Below are positions 13,401-28,289 of a stretch of DNA of 64,000 nt, in pieces. Made by a program: the position numbers and the translations under genes. Origin of the DNA: Eledone cirrhosa (lineage: Eukaryota); NCBI GenBank assembly GCA_964016885.1, contig OZ024744.1, positions 108,004,001-108,068,000 of the forward strand, read 5' to 3'. Every line of letters begins with the position of its first letter. Position 1 is the first letter of the stretch. The notes beneath the pieces are model-generated. The model worked only from the letters and a program-made list of their open reading frames with translations, did not search any database and was not told where the DNA came from.

Positions 13401-14274
13401 AAAATTGAACGGGAACAAAACAGAGAGGCAGTACAAAAAAAAGGTTTATTAATTTCACGCTCTTGAGAGTGAGGTGGTGGTATATACAAATATATTTGTA
13501 TACATATATAGGAGACGATCGACTTGCGTCAAATCGGACCGAGGGAACAATGTTTCCGTTGGTCTTTCCAATTGCTAATACTATCTATCGGTCGCAACTC
13601 CAGGTAGAAGGAGCAACGTGAAATAAAGTGTCTTGCTCAAGGACATAACGCATCACCTGGTCCAGGAATCGAACTCACAACCTTACGATTCCGAATCCTT
13701 ACGATTCCGAATCCAATTCCCTAACCACTCAGCCAACAACAATAGCCAGCCAACGCAACCACTCCTAAAGCTAAACAGCTGAGACAACAATAAAAACAAC
13801 ATTGACAATAGTAATGCTATAGACATGAAATAGACAGCCACAACAAGAACTGAAGCAAATATTTTAGCAATACCAATACTGATACTGCCAAAACAACAAT
13901 ACTAGTCAGTCACAGCAACCTCAACTAAACAAACTGCAAGTAAGGACTGTGCAAGTCATGTATAGAGGAGCAGTCAGTAAAGTGAGAGTAGGTAATGAGT
14001 TTAGTGAAGAATTCAATATACAGGTAGGTGTTCTTCAAGGTTAAGATATAAATAGGACTGGACGTTATATCCACTAGAAAGAGGTGCGAAGTACTAGTCG
14101 CAGTATAAGCAGTTCAACAAATCAAGAATTTACCTTAAATTAGTATATATATATATATATAGTAATAAGAATATTTATATTTATATATGTTTAATACAAT
14201 TATAAATATGTAGGGTAGTACTAAGTACTAGCCGGTTACCGGTATGACAAAAGGCTCAATGCAAATTTTCAATA

Positions 14275-15300
14275 GGCCATAACTTAGATAGATTAAGGAA
14301 AGACTTAATAAAAACCTTCGCTAATTTGAATCTTAAAATTACTATTGACACTAACCTTTCTAATGTTAATTTTCTAGATATAAACCTAGAGCTGCCTACT
14401 GCTTCTTATAAACCGTACCATAAACCTAATGAAAATTTAAAATATATAAATAAAGGCTCTTGCCATCCTCCTATAGTTTTTAAAAACCTTATCCCTAATA
14501 TTAGCCGTAGGATCTCCACCCTCTCTTCCTCAGAAGCTATTTTCAATAAGGCACCCCCCTACTATAATAAAGCCCTTCAAAATAGCGGATTTAGCGAACC
14601 GATTAAGTACATACCCAACAATACTAACTCCTTTAAACATAATAATAGGAAAAGAAAAATAATCTGGTTCACACCCCCCTACTCTTTAGCAGTTAAAACT
14701 GATGTAGGCAAAACATTTCTAGAGCTCTTAGATAAACATTTCCCTAGAACACATAGATACTATAAGATCTTCAATAGAAACTGTGTCAAAATTAGCTACT
14801 CCTGCGGTCCCCCTATTAAATCTTATATCATCAATAAGAAATCACCCAGAGAACATCAAAATTGCTCCTGTAGAGTCAAAAGTGAATGCCCATTACAAGG
14901 TAAATGCATCACCAAAGCCATTGTATATGCGGCTAAAGTGACAACCATCAGCAACAACCATCCAGCCACCAGCGAACGATATGTGGGTATGACACAAGAC
15001 AAATTCTAAACGCGTTATTACTCACATGTCGCATCTTTCCGACATCCAGAAAAAAAATTTACAACAGCTCTGGCTAGCAGAATATGGGATTTGAAAGACC
15101 AAGGTATCCAATATAAATTGGATTGGTCAATTTTGAACCAATCTAAAGAATATGCAAGAGGAACAAGAAGATGCACACTCTGTATAAGTGAAAAATATTG
15201 GATTTTACAGAAACTTAAATCACCAAAAACCTGCCTAAATACAAAAAAACAGAAATTTTCACCAGTTGCCCACACATGAAATCACACTTGCTTTCCAGCT
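14275..15300 (+). mobile_element. Penelope-like element: RT C-terminus + GIY-YIG endonuclease, 5'-truncated, with stop/frameshift
   Basis: NFLDINL, SCHPP, RKRKIIWFTPPYS, CSCR..ECPLQGKC, IVY..YVGMT and RCTLCISEK motifs. Confidence 0.9.
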
Positions 15301-16000
15301 CATATAAACTTAACTCACTTTCAGATACTTATCCTCCATAAACTCTTGTTCTTCACTTTCCTTAAATTATCCTCTTTACAGACTTCTCTTTCTGATTTAC
15401 TTTCAGTTTTAACTTTATTTTCATTTTTATTTTAATTTTCACTTCACATCCACAAGTGACCCCCCTCCCTACTTTTTGATTAACTTACCTAATATCTTCA
15501 AATTCCACACTTTACTTCCCCATTTTCTTTCACTACCTGATATCACATGTCACTTGCGTTTTCAACTCCAGATATATCCTGTTGTTTCGCAGCCGCTTTT
15601 ATATTTGTATTTCTTTTTTTCATATGGCTGGTCTATAATTTGCATCTATGCGTGTGAGTGTGTATGCGCCTCCGTGTGTGTGCGTGTGTGTGTCTATATG
15701 TGTGAGCATGTATGTTTTTATATCTATATTTTATACGAGTGTGTGTATGTGGGTTAACGTATGTGTATAAGTACGTGTATATATATATATATATATATAT
15801 GTATATGTATGTATGTGTGTATATATATAGTCGCGTACGTACGTGTGCTTAGATATACGTGTGCCGATATATGTATATATATGTGTGCTTCGTGTGTATG
15901 TATGTACGTATGCATGCGCTTTTGCCTGTACGTATTCATTTCCCACTCTTAGTACGGCTGTTACTTAAATATACGTATGTACACGTACATACATATATGT

Positions 16001-16490
16001 ATACTTATATTTAAGTAACAGCCGTACTAAGAGTGGGAAATGAAATTTCGTTTCATTTTTTCCGTTTATCGTTTTCGGTGCACCCGGCCGATTAACCCAC
16101 TCGATATGCAAATTGAGCTACTTAGCCGTTAATATGCATAAGGTAAGTATATACGTTCAACAATCTGGCAGGAAGGTATACGTTGCTGACGATAGCTAAT
16201 AAGCTTAAAACTAGTACAGCGTTCCTTTGTCAGTGTTGAACAAACGAGCAACGATGGTTGCTGGACACTACGGCTTAATACGGGATGTTTGTTTACAAAC
16301 ACACCGAGCATTATAATAAATGTTCGGTGAATCCATACGTACATATACATATATGTGTGCATGTATGTATATATATATACATACTACTGTACGTCTGTAT
16401 ACATATATGTATGTACGTGTAGATACTTATATTTAAGTAACAGCCGTACTAAGAGTGGGAAATGAAATTTCGTTTCATTTTTTCCCTTTA
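16001..16490 (+). mobile_element. 422-bp hammerhead-containing monomer with terminal direct repeat (retrozyme-like)
   Basis: 16001-16063 is repeated at 16423-16485; inverted piece at about 15935-15973; ends in (TA)n. Confidence 0.75.
16180..16222 (+). ncRNA. Minimal type I hammerhead, GAAA mutated to AAAA
   Basis: acgttg-CTGACGA-tagct(aata)agctt-AAAA-ctag-TA-cagcgt, within a longer stem at 16155-16241. Confidence 0.7.
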
Positions 16491-17069
16491 TATATATATA
16501 TTTTTATATGTATATGTGCGTACGTGCGAACCTATGTTTGTTTTCTTTTTCTCTAGTGTTAATGTATAATTGATAACCACTCCATCTTACTTTCTCTTTG
16601 AGTTAAACAAAATTTTTTTCTTTCTCATATATTGTTTCATTTTCATATGTATCGAATATGACAGTCTTTTTTACTATACACTCCTTTCCCTTCTTATCTT
16701 CCGCCATAAATAATCGCGCGTGTGTGTTTATACGCGTGTGTGTTTATACGCGTGCTTTCATACTTGTATGTGTATATATTTAATACCTAAATCTGGATGT
16801 ACATTAGTTTTCAACTTATATTATATACGTAATAATATACACTATTATGCTTGCCCTCATATACGTACTTACGCACACACACATTTTCACTATACACATG
16901 CATTTGTACATACACACATATGTACACTTGTGAGTGAATATATACACATTTATACACATACCCTAACTATATTTCCTTATTTTTATATATCTCTTTGCTT
17001 TATTTTTTTGCCTGTTATGCTCTTGCTTTTCTTGAGGAGATTTTTCAAATATTTCACTGTTTTAAATTG

Positions 17070-17137
17070 CCTTGTCCGATGAACGAATGAGGACGTTTTT
17101 CGTATTCGTCTTATTCAGGAAACCTCTGGTAATGAGG
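17070..17137 (+). ncRNA. Variant hammerhead motif (CCGATGA core) in the Penelope 3' terminus; copies at 19629-19699 and (deleted) 936-980
   Basis: ccttgt-CCGATGA-long stem II-GAAA-cc(tct)gg-TA-atgagg, then (TA)n. Confidence 0.6.
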
Positions 17138-17155
17138 TAATTATATTGTATTGTT

Positions 17156-17210
<55 letters not shown>

Positions 17211-17216
<6 letters not shown>

Positions 17217-18503
17217 TAAATGAGAGGTATAGAGATTGTTTTAGCAAGAAGCTAACGGCATTCTATAAGATATATGCGACTATAACGTCAAGATGGGAAA
17301 AGTAGTTAACGAAAGATTTAGGAAAAATAACTCAAACTCATCTCAAAAGAGAATCAGGATACAAATTCATCCACAGAATTTAGTAAAATCCAGGGAAAAA
17401 TCTATAGACCTTTAACTCATGATAAAATAAAGTTTGAAACACTTATCCTTCAATTTGGAATAACATCAAATGCTCTGTATAGTCTTAAAAGACTATTTCA
17501 TGAAAACTTTCAGTGGAGATGGTCACGGTTGGATTTCATTCATCAGCAGAGCTCAACAGAAACCAGGGCTCTCACAGTAATATAATCCGAAAAAGGGAGT
17601 TCTAAAACTGGCTAGTTCGCCTTCATGTGTATTTATGAAAAAGCACATGAGGAAAAAACGGGGCTAGTGACGTCAGGATGGAAGTGAATGTTTATTTACA
17701 AGAAATAGCAGTCAAATACATTCTGAAAAAAACTCTACAAAGGAGTTCAGCAAAATAGCAATAATTATCACAGTTTTTATGAAAAAAACCGGGATTAGTC
17801 ACAGATAGTTTAAGCACTCTAGGAAAAGAATCCGAGTATAAATATAAATGAGAGGTATAGAGATTGTTTTAGCAAGAAGCTAACGGCATTCTATAACATA
17901 TATGCGACTATAACGTCAAGATGGGAAAAGTAGTTAACGAAAGATTTAGGAAAAATAACTCAAACTCATCTCAAAAGAGAATCAGGATATAAATTCATCC
18001 ACAGAATTTAGTAAAATCCAGGGAAAAATCGATAGACCTTTAACTCATGATAAAATAAAGTTTGAAGCACTTATCCTTCAATTTCGAATAACATCAAATG
18101 CTCTGTATAGTGTTAAAAGACTATTTCATGAAAACTTTCAGTGGAGATGGTCACGGTTGGATTTCATTCATCAGCAGAGCTCAACAGAAATCAGGGCTCT
18201 CACAGTAATATAATCCGAAAAAGGGAGTTCTAAAACTGGCTAGTTCGCCTTCATGTGTATTTATGAAAAAGCACATGAGGAAAAAACGGGGCTAGTGACG
18301 TCAGGATGGAAGTGAATGTTTATTTACAAGAAATAGCAGTCAAATACATTCTGAAAAAAACTCTACAAAGGAGTTCAGCAAAATAGCAATAATTATCACA
18401 GTTTTTATGGAAAAAACCGGTATTAGTCACAGATAGTTTAAGCACTCTAGGAAAAGAATCCGAGTATAAATATAAATGAGAGGTATAGAGATTGTTTTAG
18501 CAA
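17211..18503 (-). repeat. 628-bp tandem repeat, about 2.06 units, between (TA)n tracts
   Basis: tgagaggtatagag at 17221, 17849 and 18477; units are nearly identical. Confidence 0.95.
17472..17552 (-). ncRNA. Type I hammerhead ribozyme (second copy 18100-18180)
   Basis: Minus strand: gctctg-CTGATGA-atgaaa...tttcat-GAAA-tagtct(ttta)agacta-TA-cagagc; all core nucleotides and three stems are present. Confidence 0.85.
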
Positions 18504-18512
18504 TATATATAT

Positions 18513-21043
<2,531 letters not shown>

Positions 21044-21723
21044 TTAAGCTCTGTTACCTACATAGAGCACTCTTTTTTCCTGGACTTTTCCGACGGAATT
21101 ACTTCACACATATATATATATACTAATTTAAAGTCTCACAACTTATATAAAATGTATGATGCTTATGTTTCTCAGAAGTAAGGACTGTGTGACCAGAATA
21201 TTAGATTGTAAATAAAATATAAATATACTAGCTGAATTACCCGGCGTTGCCTGGGTTACTGCTGTTCTTATTCAGATTAGTAAACAATAACTATGAAGAT
21301 ATGTTTTTTTTTCTCATAATTATTTAAAAATATCTATATTTTATTAAAAAAAAAATCAAAATTGTAATGATAATAGAATTTAGAAATGAAAATCTGTCAA
21401 TCTTGAAGCACCTTAGGGTAAACAATATTCATCGTGTAATTCATGTATGTGTAGATATGTGTGTGAATTTAATAACTACCTAATGACTGCGGAAACACAC
21501 GCGCACTCACAGACAAATACATATTCATATACAAAATGTGATGTCCTATTGTTTTAATCCAAATGAAATTATCACACATACACTCAAACACACACACACA
21601 CATACAGTCACACTCATACACTCACATTCACTCCCATACATATACTAAGACAGACACACAAACATACATTCACACACACACACACACCTGTCTGTCATCA
21701 CATATGTATCTGTATATGTGTAG

Positions 21724-21785
<62 letters not shown>

Positions 21786-21829
21786 AATTGTCAGCGTGCA
21801 CAGTCATATACAAAATGTGACTTATGAAG

Positions 21830-22218
21830 TTGATGTTTACATGATCAACAAAGCAATCAAAGAAATAACAAAAATGGTAAAGCTGCTGGTCTATCAGAGA
21901 GAGTAGCTCAGATGCTTAAATCATCTGGTGAAGTAGGAGTCAAACTACTCACTCACATAATTAATCAGGTAATACAAGATGGTGTCATACCCAATGACTG
22001 GCAGAGCAGAATAACCATTAATTGTTGATGCTGTAGAAAGGAGCAAATATATAGCCATAAAACTGATGAATCAAGTTATAAAAATGTCATAAGAAATTTT
22101 AGCACAACTAATGAGGGAAAGAATCAAATTAGATGAGAATCAGTTTGGTTTTGTGCCATGAGGAAGCACTACCGATGCTAAGTGTAAGCCACTATAACTA
22201 ACTTTTGCTGATCTAGAG
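21830..22218 (+). mobile_element. RTE-clade RT fragment interrupted by hAT copy 2
   Basis: NGKAAG, IPNDW, QFGFVP*GSTTDA and LTFADLE motifs. Confidence 0.8.
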
Positions 22219-24875
22219 CAAAGGTTCTCAACTTTACTTTGGTAAATTTTATAAGCCATATTTGTATGTCTCTGAGACAGCCAGTGTGAATGCATTTGAA
22301 AGAGCATGCAGACAGCATAACTATGGTCTGACCGCAGCTGTGAGCAGGTGTGCAGGCGTGTCTAGACACTAACCGGCAATTGAGATACTAAAAATGGAAA
22401 AAACCCACAGTCAACTGGGTCAAAGGCACTTTGAGCGCAGCGTTAGAATCTTGTCTTTCCTTCACCGATAACAATGTATTTCATGTCAATTATTGACTCA
22501 ACCGTAACGAGTTAACACTATGTAGATCTATTTTATTCCCTATTGTATAAATAATATTACAAACAAAAACAGAAAAGAAAAAACCCAGAAGCGGGTAGCA
22601 CATACATCTAAGACCACATACAACACATAAGCAGGTAGTACAAACATCTAGGACCACATACAACACATAATCAGATAATACACACATCTAGGACCACACA
22701 CAACACATAAGCAGGTAATACACACATCTAGGACCACATACAACACATAAGCAGGTAATTCACACATCTAGGACCACATACAACACACAAGCAGGTAATA
22801 CATACGCTGCGACCACATGCAATACATAAGCAGCTAATACATACATCTTGGACTACATACAACACACATTGTATCATGTGCTACGGGCGACACCAGAGCA
22901 ACGGTCGGACAACTTAAGGGTTTCGTCACTCTTCTGAAGAGAGAAAATCTATCTGTATTTGTTGTTCATTGTCTCATTCATCGACAACACTTGGCTGCGA
23001 AGAAACTCAGCAAGCCGCTGAGCAAGTCCTTGCAGGTGGCCCTTGATGTCATCAATTTTATCAAACGGCATTCCCTCGATGAACGAATTTTTCGGCAACT
23101 GTGCCAAGATAATGCCGAAGAATTCGTCAAGTTGCTCCTTCATACTGAAGTGAGGTGGCTTTCAAAGGGTAAGTGCTTTACTCACTTCTTTGAACTGTTC
23201 GACTCTATCATTGAATTTCTGCGAGGACGCAACACAGAACTGTACAAGAAAACCCTCGATGTGAGGCAAAACTGCGCCTACCTCGCTCACATCTTTGACA
23301 AATGCAATAGTGTCATTTTGGCTTTGCAGGGGAAGAAGATCACCTTGCTTAAAGCAAGGAATGCTGTGAAAACATTCCTGGCCAAATTGAATGTCATCGA
23401 AAGGAATCTTTGTTGACGGGAATTCTATAATTTTCCTATGTCGCCAATGTTCAAAATATTGTGAGCGATGACCAACTCCAAATTTATACCACTCACCTCC
23501 GTGCGCTACAAGACAACATGAGAGAACGGTTTGTCGACCTTTTGCCGATAGACATCCCAATGTGGATAGCAGATGCTTTCATAGCTAACGTCGACGATTT
23601 GAACTTCAAGCAGATGACATGATCAACATTAGATTTCCCAAAATAGGTGAACAGCTTTTTTGGTATGCAAGAGGAAATTCAGCGTTGATTTCCACACCTA
23701 CATGCAGAGGCTTAGAGATTTGCTCTGCCTTTTCCAAGCTCACACTTAGTCGAGAGGAGGTTTGGTGCTGTTTCCAGACTGCACAGTAAGTCTCGCAACT
23801 GCTACAATGTAATTACACGTGGAGATCTCTGGCTACATCTTAGGAAAATTCAGCCTGACGTCAAAGAGTTAGCTAGACTCCATGAAGCTCAAGGGTTCCA
23901 TTGAAATGAGGTCAAAGTTAAAGTAAGTTGATTTATCCGAAAACTTAGATATGCTATTGTTACAAAGCAAACTAACAATTTTTTTATTTGTAGTTGCAGT
24001 CTGACTGAACAGGAGACCATCTACTACAATTCAATTACTCATTTGCTGTATATATTTTACCATTTACTAATAAATATATCCTCCCGCGTGGTCATGAAAA
24101 CCCTCTTCCATGGTCTCTAAGCTCACAAAGCGGAGGGGACATCAAGTTAGATATCAACATTTATTCTGTCCGTTTCAATAAAGGGAAAATTGGAAAGCTT
24201 TGAAATGATATAATTGCCACTTTCTTCCAGATAAGACCACTCTTTGGATAGACAGAGTTACTCTTGTATAAATGTTGTCCTGTTGTGGGCAGTGTCCGGT
24301 CAGCTGATTCTGGCTTGATTTCTACAGCTGGATGCTCTTCCTAACACCAACATCATTTACAGTGTGTGCTGGGTGCTTTTTTCCGTGGCGCCTACACGTC
24401 CACTTTTACCGTGTGGGCTGGGTGCTTTTCTTGCCGTGGCACCTCCACGACCACTTTGCAGTGGAATTATAGGGACCCCACTCCCTATCATCTCATTTCT
24501 ACAGCTGAGTAAACTGGAGCAATGTGAAATAAAGTGTCTTGCTCAAGGAAACAACACATCACCCGGTCCGAGAATTGAACGCACAACCTTTCGATTGCAA
24601 GCCCAATGCTCTAACCACTAAGCCATGCGCCTTCCTTATTCATAAAAAAGAACATTTATGCTCCTTTTTTTGAAATTTATATATTTTCTCTCAAGGAATG
24701 TATTTATACTCTCAGCTGCCTGCAATGGTATATTTGGAATATTTCAAATCAATTTTTTAGTAATCTACTGATATCTAAATCAGTATATTGAAAAATGGAA
24801 AAATAGGGTAGGGGGCGTTTCGTGATTTCAAGGGACAAAAGGGGGCGTTAGGCCTAAATGGGTTGAGAACCTGTG
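22219..24875 (+). mobile_element. hAT (Charlie/Buster) copy 2 with both TIRs
   Basis: Left caaaggttctcaac and right gttgagaacctgtg; flanks atctagag / ctctagag fit the Buster nTCTAGAn target; defective transposase at 22869-23903. Confidence 0.9.
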
Positions 24876-24932
24876 CTCTAGAGCATCCTACATACAATTG
24901 ACCATGGTTTTCCTTTAAAATATCCTTTAACC

Positions 24933-24967
<35 letters not shown>

Positions 24968-25649
24968 GAGTGTGTATGCGTGTGTTTCATATTGAATTAG
25001 GTTAGACACTAGTATGTGGGTTAAAGGATATTTTCTCTGTTACTTCTAGAAGGGTAACTATACTCTCTAATTCTATCTCAATCATCATACGATAGATTCT
25101 TAAATCAACACATAATGCTTTTCATTCCTTCTTCCTTTCTCTTTTTCGTGCTTTGCTTTGAGGACATTTGCAATATCTTTTATTCTATGATAGACTTATC
25201 CAACCATAAATAGCAACATCTATCCCAAAGATATCGTAAACACATTCACAATCCAAGGCAATCCGAAGCAATGCAGAAAGAACGCTAATAATAAAAATAC
25301 AAATAGATAAAAATACAAATAGATAAGAGATAAATACATAAATATACATACATATATAAATAAAAATATATATTGTATGTATGAGATCTAAAAAAGAACA
25401 TTCATTTACAAGCGAAAAGGAAAACATAATAATAGTAATATTGATAAAAATAATATGAGTAATTTGAAAGAGCACATCAGATTTTTAGGTAACATATTTT
25501 GGCACGAGCAATAAGTGCTTCACTAAATTCTCATCTGATATTGCTCAGGAAACAAACTAGCTTTAGAAGAGCAAGAATTTCGTTTTGAGTTTATAGACAG
25601 CTCTCTTGATTTCACTTTTACATTAGTTTACGTCGGAGGTGGTGAATGT

Positions 25650-26610
25650 CAACCACAGCGCAGAGGGAATTTGCAGCCTCCGTCTCTGACGTGTGATCCA
25701 TTCTCCGTCAAGTGCTGGTCACTACGAAAAAGGATGTCATTATCCTCGGGTCTCCGATCCTCCCACCGGCCCATCCGCTCCACCAGGTCCAGGTTCCAGC
25801 AGCTCACGACCCTCACGAGCAGACAGAGCACGGTTGGCGCCCATCCAGCCCCTTTTCCTGTTGAGGAATTGCTTCACCATGCCGAAGCTCCTCTACACCT
25901 CCCTGACCTCGACACTAGTATCCGAGCGGCAGCCGGGGATATATGCAATGTCAAATTGACGACCTTGAATGGCAACAGGCCACCTTACTTGTTAGAAATG
26001 GTGACCTTGGCCTCCGGTCTCACTGGCTTTGTCGGCGTTTCTTTCGTCGGTAACCTCTTGCCGCGTCCACAACACAATGGAACCCACTGTGATCGAGGAA
26101 CGTGAGGCCGCCTGTGAGACTTGGAACCGGCTCGGACACTGCCCAGAAGACTCCTCTTCCCCCTGTAGATGGCTTGGATGCTGCAGGCTTGCCCTGCCAG
26201 CTCGAGCCATTGGGGCTGGACCGAGGGGACGGCAAACAGTCAGACGGCACGGCCATCTTCCCGTTTCGCGGTGGTAAACCCCTCGTCTGGGATACCACAT
26301 GCAGCGACACATTCTCCAACGGCAACCTGGTGTAGTTTGCGACTAACCCAGGCTCTGCCGCACTTCGGCCGAGGAGGGTAAACTCTCCAAATATCAGTCG
26401 CTTTCCGACAGGTTTGCGGTCGAGCCCGTAGCAGTGGCAGCTTCTGGTATCTTTGGCCCTAGGGCTACCTCCCTAGTCATCACCATCAGCACAGAATTGG
26501 CTACCCGGAGAAGGGAACCTCGCGAGCTGGAATGGCTCTTTCAACGCGTCTCCTTCACCATCCTCCGGGGAAACGCCTTCTCTATTCTGTCCGCCGGGGC
26601 CGCGGGGCAC
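25650..26610 (+). mobile_element. CRE-like non-LTR retrotransposon 3' fragment with restriction-like endonuclease
   Basis: LEPLGLDRGDGKQSDG..IFPFRGGKPLVWDTTCSDT...GIFGP...LFQRVSFTILRGNA; GC-rich. Confidence 0.75.
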
Positions 26611-26741
26611 CAGTGCGTGGGTCCCCATTTACTTATAATAGTGAGAGTTGGTGAGAGCGGGAAAGATGGAGGCAGTGACGGTGGGAGTTTGGTTCCTTTG
26701 TCTTCGGACCTGGTGTATATGTATATATTTATTTATCGCCC

Positions 26742-26785
<44 letters not shown>

Positions 26786-27081
26786 TTCTGGGTATTTTCC
26801 TAGAATTAACCCACGAACCATATTTAAACTTGGGTGTGGTATATGTATTTTCTTAATCCGTCACCCGGTTTAAACACCACCGACTTGACTCTTGACTTTA
26901 AGTATTTCTATTTTTTTAGCGAAGTCCACTCTTCTATTATGCGGCGAAATTGCAGAATCGTCATAACGACGAACAGAAATCTTTGAACTGTTCGTTTCAG
27001 CTCTCTGTGACGATAGCAACTTTGCCTTTCATCTATTTGGGGTCAATAAACAAAGTACTATTCCAATACTGGGGCCAATTC

Positions 27082-27176
<95 letters not shown>

Positions 27177-27247
27177 CCACCTCTCTCTCCCCCTCCCGCT
27201 TCTCTATCTATCTATCTCATAATGAATTTAGCCATGTAGAGCGAAAG

Positions 27248-27505
<258 letters not shown>

Positions 27506-27589
27506 AAGCTAAAAAATACGAGATTTATTACAATAAATTGTTCATAAGGCTACAAACAATTTTATAAGAAAGTATGAAATCCTATTTCG

Positions 27590-28280
27590 TTTGGGGTCAC
27601 CATTCCTTCCAATCACTCCTTTCCATGTCAGGTGGTCAGAGCCAATATGTGCACTGAAGTCTCCGATCAGGATATTTGACTGTCTTAACTACATCTAACG
27701 TTGCAGTGACTTCATCAAGGAAGGACCTGTAGTCAAACTCCTTGTTTGGTACATAATCTTGCGCCACCTACAGAGACATATCTTCCAGTCTAAGCTTCAA
27801 GAGGCAAATCCTCCCTCCTAACGGGATCCAATCCATAACACATTCTGACAGTCAGGGGCTAGTGAGTATCCCCACTCCCGCCACACCTGAATAGTGAAGT
27901 TTCTATTCTTCATCCAAATCTAGAGTATCAGAGTCATGGAACTTTGTTAAGGAAACCCTGACTATATCTAGCCGGTAGCACCTAGCCTTCTCCACTGGTT
28001 CATGCTCCTTATCTGTTAAGGTTTGCTCCACTCGAACCCTCTTTGGGGTCTCAGGATACGCATCCTTTGTGCGTCCACCCCACGCCTCCCAGGACAGGTC
28101 GCAGGCTCATCGCCAGTTTTTGCAGCATGAAATGGAGACTGCAATATATTTTTCGAACGGGCCCCTCTACTTAAGGCCTGAAGGCGTCCCTTGTTAACCC
28201 GCGTGAAGGACGATGTGGTATGGTGTTTGTTTTCCTCCCTGCATTGCAGTTTCGGTGGTCTTATTCGCGCTTGTCACCAA
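27590..28280 (-). mobile_element. Inverted 5' part (UTR + APE endonuclease N-half) of an RTE LINE
   Basis: Minus strand RLDIV..S.TK, AGVGIL and GDFSAHIGSD..TWKGVIGRNGDP. Confidence 0.8.
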
Positions 28281-28289
28281 TTTGGTATT

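Noticed and set aside
25040-25640. Possible minus-strand exons
   Set aside because: Stops in the candidate frames and no convincing donor/acceptor pair.
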